Below are positions 59,110 through 64,000 of a stretch of DNA of 64,000 nt, one piece after another. Both the position numbers and the translations under genes were made by a program. The stretch lies in NCBI GenBank assembly GCA_964514595.1, contig CAZEQZ010000001.1, forward strand, positions 267,847 to 331,846, given 5' to 3'. Position 1 is the stretch's first letter. The number at the start of each line of letters is the position of its first letter. The notes below the pieces were generated by a model. That model was not told the DNA's origin, ran no database searches, and was given only the letters and a program-made list of their open reading frames with translations. The stretch is from an uncultured Candidatus Saccharibacteria bacterium (GTDB taxonomy: Bacteria > Patescibacteriota > Dojkabacteria > SC72).

Positions 59110-59922
59110 ATGAAAAAGTTTTTTATTATGTTGACGGCAGTATTGTTAGTATTATCTCTAACAGTTACTGCATTTGCTGAAGGTGAGGATCCTCCTTCTG
59201 TTGTTGAAGAGGAAGCACCTCCGGTTGAGGAAGAAGCACCTCCCGTCGAGGAAGAAGCACCTCCGGTTGAGGAAGAAGCACCTCCTATCGAGGAAGAAGG
59301 ACTTCCGGTTGAGGAAGAAGAGCAAGAATTGGATATGCTTATGATGTCTTCATCCTCAACAGGCCCAACGGACGAAGATCCAGACGAATTGGGTTTGCCA
59401 GATCCTGGAGTGAATGGTTTCTATGGTGATGAATGTGAGAAACCAGGCAACACCTGCGAGAAAAACGAAGATGCTGGCGAGGTGAAAGATGGAGGAACAT
59501 TTACCCCCACAGTCACCCCGAATGTTGTGGTCATCAAAGCTGGTAATGAGGAATTCATCTTCTCACCATCAGGACCGGATTGTAATATGGTTGTGGGAGG
59601 TGATCCATACTGTGTCAAATTCGATGGAGACTCAGTCGTTGTAGAGGTGAATACGTGCTATGAATTGGTTGGCAAAGATGGTAATTGCAAATCTGCAAAG
59701 GAAATATCCAACATACAATTCTGGCTTACGGGTGAAACACCCCCACCCCCACCCCCACCTCCGCCACCGCCTAATGGCGATGACGACGATGATGATGATG
59801 ATCCTGGGTTGGTGATAAGGGTAGATGTTGCCACTGGTGGTACATCTCCTGCGGTCTTTCTGTGGTTGGCAACAGCCATGTCCGGCCTGGCGATCCCTTT
59901 CGTAGGGAAGAAAAAGGAATAG
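59110..59922 (+). CDS. Secreted acidic/Pro-rich surface protein with LPXTG-like (VATGG) C-terminal sorting signal
   Basis: GAGG SD; signal peptide ending AFA|E; EEEAPPV repeats; 6-Cys domain; P11 and D8 tracts; VATGG-hydrophobic-KKKE tail. Confidence 0.85.
   Translation: MKKFFIMLTAVLLVLSLTVTAFAEGEDPPSVVEEEAPPVEEEAPPVEEEAPPVEEEAPPIEEEGLPVEEEEQELDMLMMSSSSTGPTDEDPDELGLPDPGVNGFYGDECEKPGNTCEKNEDAGEVKDGGTFTPTVTPNVVVIKAGNEEFIFSPSGPDCNMVVGGDPYCVKFDGDSVVVEVNTCYELVGKDGNCKSAKEISNIQFWLTGETPPPPPPPPPPPNGDDDDDDDDPGLVIRVDVATGGTSPAVFLWLATAMSGLAIPFVGKKKE
59203..59322 (+). repeat. 21-bp coding tandem repeat (~5.7 copies; VEEEAPP)
   Basis: GTTGAGGAAGAAGCACCTCCN units read directly. Confidence 0.92.
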
Positions 59923-59933
59923 GAGGTAGTATA

Positions 59934-60578
59934 ACGAAGATTCAAAAACTGTTTTTTCTCTTTGTTCTGTTTTTGTTAATGGGATGTAGTGTATCAATAG
60001 CTTCGCTTCCAGAGTTTGCCTTAGAGCAAACAAGAACACCTTTTCAACCAAGCATGGTAGAAGAGGTTCAAGCAACTCACTCGCCTACTCGTACCCCTTT
60101 GACTTTTGGAGGGGTTATTTCCTTGCAGAATCCTATAAAGGTTGCGATTTCAGGATTCGAAGAAGAGGTTCGGGAGTTGGAAGTGATTGAATGCCAAAGG
60201 TGCTCGACTAATAAGGTTAATTCCTTGTTAGGTTCTGCAAAAACAGAACGTTGGGCTGCAGTAAGGGATTGGGATTCCAAGACAGATGTATTATACATCC
60301 ATTCCTCTGAACAGCCATGGGGCCTTCATCTAGGAGAGATACTTGTAAGACTCGACAAAGATGATACCCTTAAAGACTTATCAATCTGCTTTAATAGTGC
60401 CTGCTATGAAGTTGCAGACATTATCTCTTTGGAGAGAGCAGAAATAAAGGAAGCCGTAACTCCAGACCAATTGTTTGAAGAGATTCCAGGTCAAGTAATA
60501 ATATTGACTTGCTCAGAAAATATGGTCAGGGGTCTACAAACTCCCAAATTGATTATTCAATTAACTCCATACTACTAG
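59934..60578 (+). CDS. Divergent sortase-like lipoprotein (start codon uncertain; ACG 7 nt after AGGAGG)
   Basis: Lipobox LLMG|C; His (LYIHS), YEV strand, IILTCS, PKLIIQL in sortase order; adjacent to a sorting-signal protein. Confidence 0.65.
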   Translation, partial: TKIQKLFFLFVLFLLMGCSVSIASLPEFALEQTRTPFQPSMVEEVQATHSPTRTPLTFGGVISLQNPIKVAISGFEEEVRELEVIECQRCSTNKVNSLLGSAKTERWAAVRDWDSKTDVLYIHSSEQPWGLHLGEILVRLDKDDTLKDLSICFNSACYEVADIISLERAEIKEAVTPDQLFEEIPGQVIILTCSENMVRGLQTPKLIIQLTPYY

Positions 60579-60635
60579 TTGGTTAAACGGAAGAGTCGCC
60601 TAGCGACCAAACAAGACGACTCTTCCACCCAACTA
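60576..60635. terminator. GC-rich inverted repeat between convergent genes
   Basis: GGAAGAGTCG (60589-98) / CGACTCTTCC (60617-26), outer TAGTTGG / CCAACTA; no U-tract. Confidence 0.55.
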
Positions 60636-61694
60636 CAATATAATACCCCCACCTAATACAAGATCTTTTTTATAAAATACTACTGATTGTCCAGAAGTAA
60701 TAGCTCTTTGCTTTTTATCAAACTTAACAAACACATTACCATTATCTAATGGTTTTATTTTTGCCTTAGCTATATTACTACCATACCTTATTTTCACCTC
60801 CACTCTCATCTCCTTATCCAATTTCTCTATACCTATCCAATTTAAATCAGTAGCTTCTAAATCATCATTATAAATATCACTCTCCTTTCCTACTATCACC
60901 CTGTTACTATCAACATCTATATCTGCAACATACAAAGGCTCTTTACTTGATATCTTTATTCCCTTTCTTTGTCCTATGGTGAAATTATGAGTTCCTTCGT
61001 GTTTCCCTAATACATTTCCTTTAGTATCTACAATATCTCCTTCTTTAAATTCCTTCTTGCTGTTCTCTTGTACAAACCTACCGTAGTTATTATCCTCTAC
61101 AAAACATATCTCTTGGCTATCCTTTTTCTCAGCTACTCCTAATCCTATCTTCTTAGCTATACTCCTTACTTTCTTTTTAGATAGATTACCTAAAGGAAAG
61201 ATACACTTACCTAATTGTTCTTGTGTTAGATTGTATAGAACATAGCTTTGATCTTTACTTTTGTCCTTCCCTTTTTTAAGCAGATATCTATTACCTTTCT
61301 TTACTACTCTTGCATAGTGACCTGTAGCTACATAATCTATGTCCATAGATAGTGCCTTGTTAAGAAATTCTTCAAACTTAATATATCTATTACATGCAAT
61401 ACATGGATTAGGTGTTCTTCCTTCTAAGTATTCTGATATGAAATACTTTATTACCTTCTCATCAAATACTTTTTTTAAATTAAGGACGTAATATGGTATG
61501 TCTAATTTATTTGCTACTCTTCTAGCATCTTCAACAGAAGAAAGGGAGCAACATGACGTGTTCATATTACTATCTCCTTCCCATAATTTCATTGTAGCGC
61601 CTATAACATCATATCCCTGTTTTTTAAGAAGATATGCGGTAACTGAGCTATCTACTCCGCCACTCATACCTACTAATACCTTTTTGTTTTTCAT
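60633..61694 (-). CDS. mnmA: tRNA-specific 2-thiouridylase MnmA
   Basis: SGGVDS, CCSL, TPNPCIACN, ATGHYAR, KDQSYVL, DSQEICF, TIGQRKG, GQSVVFY. Confidence 0.97.
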   Translation of the reverse strand: MKNKKVLVGMSGGVDSSVTAYLLKKQGYDVIGATMKLWEGDSNMNTSCCSLSSVEDARRVANKLDIPYYVLNLKKVFDEKVIKYFISEYLEGRTPNPCIACNRYIKFEEFLNKALSMDIDYVATGHYARVVKKGNRYLLKKGKDKSKDQSYVLYNLTQEQLGKCIFPLGNLSKKKVRSIAKKIGLGVAEKKDSQEICFVEDNNYGRFVQENSKKEFKEGDIVDTKGNVLGKHEGTHNFTIGQRKGIKISSKEPLYVADIDVDSNRVIVGKESDIYNDDLEATDLNWIGIEKLDKEMRVEVKIRYGSNIAKAKIKPLDNGNVFVKFDKKQRAITSGQSVVFYKKDLVLGGGIIL

Positions 61695-61722
61695 ATGGTT
61701 ATTTTACAGGAAATGTTTGTGT

Positions 61723-62100
61723 TTATTTAGTATGTTTCTTTCTATAATCCTCTATAGCAGCACTAACAGCCTGTTGTGCCAAATTGGAACAGTGCATCTT
61801 AACAGGAGGTAATCCACCTAGTGATTCTGCTACTTCTTTATTACTGATATCTAATGCCTCATCTAAGTTCTTTCCTTTTATTAATTCAGTTATCATACTA
61901 CTAGTAGCTACTGCAGCCCCACATCCAAATGTGAGAAATTTTACATCTGTTATTACATCATCCTTAACTTTAATATACATCCTCATAATATCTCCACACC
62001 TAGGATTTCCAACCTCTCCTACTCCATCTGGATTTTTAATCTCCCCAACATTTCTTGGATTCATAAAATGATCCATTACTTTTTCACTGTAGTTTTCCAT
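61723..62100 (-). CDS. iscU: Fe-S cluster scaffold IscU/NifU
   Basis: HFMNPRNVG, GNPRCGD, FGCGAAVA, LPPVKMHCS. Confidence 0.95.
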   Translation of the reverse strand: MENYSEKVMDHFMNPRNVGEIKNPDGVGEVGNPRCGDIMRMYIKVKDDVITDVKFLTFGCGAAVATSSMITELIKGKNLDEALDISNKEVAESLGGLPPVKMHCSNLAQQAVSAAIEDYRKKHTK

Positions 62101-63248
62101 AGTGGTGACATATTTCTTAATTTATTTACAATATCAGGCAGTACTTCTAAGAGATAATCTATCTCTTTTTCTGTATTATCTTTACTAAACGATAATCTTA
62201 GTGAACCATGTGCAATTTCATGAGGAAGACCAATTGCTAAAAGTACATGCGAGGGATCTAGGGAGCCTGAGGTGCATGCAGAACCACTAGAAGCACATAT
62301 ACCCAGTTGATCAAGCATAAGGAGTATAGATTCACCCTCTATATATTTAAAACAGACATTAACATTTCCAGGGAGTCTTTTGCTTCTATCACCATTAACA
62401 ATTGTTTCAGGTATTTTATCTAATATTCCTCCTATACATTTCTCTCTTAACCTAATTAAATATTCACTTTTCTTTTCTATATCCTTTGTAGCAAACTCTA
62501 CAGCAGTACCTAGTCCAACAATACTAGCAACATTTTCAGTACTTGCTCTTTTTCCTCTCTCTTGTCCACCCCCATGAAGAAGATTATCTATCTTAACCCC
62601 GTCCTTTATATACAGAACACCTATACCCTTAGGTCCATTTAATTTGTGTCCTGAGAATGATAATAGGTCTATGTTATGTTTAGAAAGATCTATATCAATA
62701 TTCCCTACTGCTTGTACTGCATCTGTATGGAAATATATACCTTTCTCTTTTGCAATATCCCCTATTTCTTTTATGGGTTGAATTGTACCTATCTCATTAT
62801 TCGCCCACATAATAGAGATTAGTATAGTATCTTCTCTTATAGCTTCTTTTAATTTGTTAATATCGACAATTCCATTACTCTGTACAGGTAAATACGTAAT
62901 TTCAAAACCGTGTTTTTCTAAATATTTGCAAGTATGAAGTACAGCGTGGTGTTCAATACTCGAGGTAATGATATGATTTCCTTTATTTTTATTTGCAAAT
63001 GCCACACCCTTTATTGCCCAGTTATCTGATTCTGTACCGGAGTTAGTAAAGTATATCTCTTTACTCTCACATCCAAGTGCTTTTGCTATTCTATCTCTAG
63101 AATCATCTATTCCCTTCTTGCTCTCTCTGCCCAGGGAATATATAGATGATGGATTCCCGTACTTTTCTGTTAAGTATGCCATCATACTATCTAAAACCTC
63201 TTTAGAGATCTTGGTTGTTGCTGAATTGTCAAAATACATTGTATTCAT
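62076..63248 (-). CDS. iscS: Cysteine desulfurase IscS/NifS
   Basis: YFDNSATT, GNPSS, SGTESDN, EHHAV, HTDAVQ, SGHKLNGPKG, SSGSACTS. Confidence 0.96.
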   Translation of the reverse strand: MNTMYFDNSATTKISKEVLDSMMAYLTEKYGNPSSIYSLGRESKKGIDDSRDRIAKALGCESKEIYFTNSGTESDNWAIKGVAFANKNKGNHIITSSIEHHAVLHTCKYLEKHGFEITYLPVQSNGIVDINKLKEAIREDTILISIMWANNEIGTIQPIKEIGDIAKEKGIYFHTDAVQAVGNIDIDLSKHNIDLLSFSGHKLNGPKGIGVLYIKDGVKIDNLLHGGGQERGKRASTENVASIVGLGTAVEFATKDIEKKSEYLIRLREKCIGGILDKIPETIVNGDRSKRLPGNVNVCFKYIEGESILLMLDQLGICASSGSACTSGSLDPSHVLLAIGLPHEIAHGSLRLSFSKDNTEKEIDYLLEVLPDIVNKLRNMSPLWKTTVKK

Positions 63249-63250
63249 AG

Positions 63251-64000
63251 CTATATAACTAAATTGATTATACCAAGAGATATGAGTAAGGTGATAAAGG
63301 TATATATTGCAAAAAATATTATTACAAAACCAGAGGTTTTAAATAGAAGCTCTGTGTTTATTTTCTCTTTAGCAGATAATATACCAAAGGAAAGAAGTGC
63401 TAATATTGGAAATGTTCCAAGAGCAAATATTAGCATTATTAAAGATGCCTCCATTATACTTCCTGATGTTAGGGCAATAACTTGCATGGATTGGGTGAAT
63501 CCACAGGGTAGTATAAAGGTTATAATTCCTAGAAGCACAGGAGATGCACTTTGATTAAAGTTTTTTGTAAAAACATTTTTTGAAAAGCTAGGTATTAGCC
63601 TCTTTATAAATGGGAATATATCTAAAAGGTTAAGACCCATTAAAAGGAGAAGTATTGAGATTATCAAAGTTGAAACTGTATAGAAATTTCTTGAGAAGGT
63701 AAATATATTCCCCACCAACCCAAGGAGTCCTCCTAGGATAAAGAAGGCAACAATTCGTGATATGTGAAATGATATAAGGGATCTCTTACCCTTCTGTTGA
63801 GTGGATATAGATATAATTATGCTCCCCACTACAGCCATACAGGAAGATAGAGAAGCTATTATTCCAATGATGAAGGACATAAGGAAGATATTATCTGGTA
63901 TATTAACAGAGGAAAATATCTTTGATCTTTGAATTAGAAAAAACAGGAAAAGTAGAATTGTTGCAATAAGGAATGATTTCAGCAGTGTTCTCTTGTCAAT
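63251..64000 (-). CDS. DsbD_2/TauE-SafE-like membrane protein (5'-partial; frame open to the window end)
   Basis: SSCMAVVG, FHISR, LPCGFTQSMQ, FALGTFP. Confidence 0.82.
   Translation of the reverse strand: MDKRTLLKSFLIATILLFLFFLIQRSKIFSSVNIPDNIFLMSFIIGIIASLSSCMAVVGSIIISISTQQKGKRSLISFHISRIVAFFILGGLLGLVGNIFTFSRNFYTVSTLIISILLLLMGLNLLDIFPFIKRLIPSFSKNVFTKNFNQSASPVLLGIITFILPCGFTQSMQVIALTSGSIMEASLIMLIFALGTFPILALLSFGILSAKEKINTELLFKTSGFVIIFFAIYTFITLLISLGIINLVI

Noticed and set aside
59203-59322. Regularly spaced repeats as a possible CRISPR array
   Set aside because: Head-to-tail in-frame 21-bp units without unique spacers; no cas genes
59900-59922. -1 frameshift at GGG AAG AAA AAG fusing substrate and sortase-like ORFs
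   Set aside because: The frames are compatible, but the heptamer is not canonical and gene 2 has its own SD and lipoprotein signal
3268-63554. Numerous 60-190 aa antisense ORFs in the supplied track (e.g. 7422-7988, 11407-11862, 23748-24206, 59632-60075)
   Set aside because: Fully overlap well-supported genes on the opposite strand and show no motifs

Overview
AT-rich, very compact bacterial chromosome segment using genetic code 11 (TGA is used as a stop). The gene repertoire, gene order (DUF360-like/secG/orphan SBP/tRNA), short ThrRS and TruB, general lack of Shine-Dalgarno motifs and giant DUF2341 surface protein suggest a CPR/Patescibacteria organism, possibly Dojkabacteria/WS6 (inference). 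Most of the window is housekeeping: mutS, hisS, PBP1A, thrS-infC-rpmI-rplT-pheST, recG, a Rel homolog, tyrS, rarA, a split dcw cluster, pyk, secG, def, three tRNAs, a two-component system plus ABC transporter, subtilase, queH, Psp/Lia-like genes, superoxide reductase and iscS-iscU-mnmA. The most notable observations are: (i) a compositionally distinct, SD-led ~2 kb cassette (58.7-60.6 kb) encoding a repeat-rich secreted protein with a VATGG sorting-signal-like tail next to a divergent lipoprotein sortase-like gene that lacks a canonical start codon; (ii) a 1253-aa membrane-anchored protein built from phage tail-fibre-like collar/HxH repeats with a polyglycine domain nested inside one repeat; (iii) pervasive -10 boxes 5-7 nt before ATGs (leaderless-like), including a candidate Thr-containing leader peptide before thrS; (iv) MraY, Rel and a response regulator with substituted catalytic residues; (v) a protein with FN1/VWC-like Cys modules. 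All calls come from reading motifs by eye; no database searches were run.
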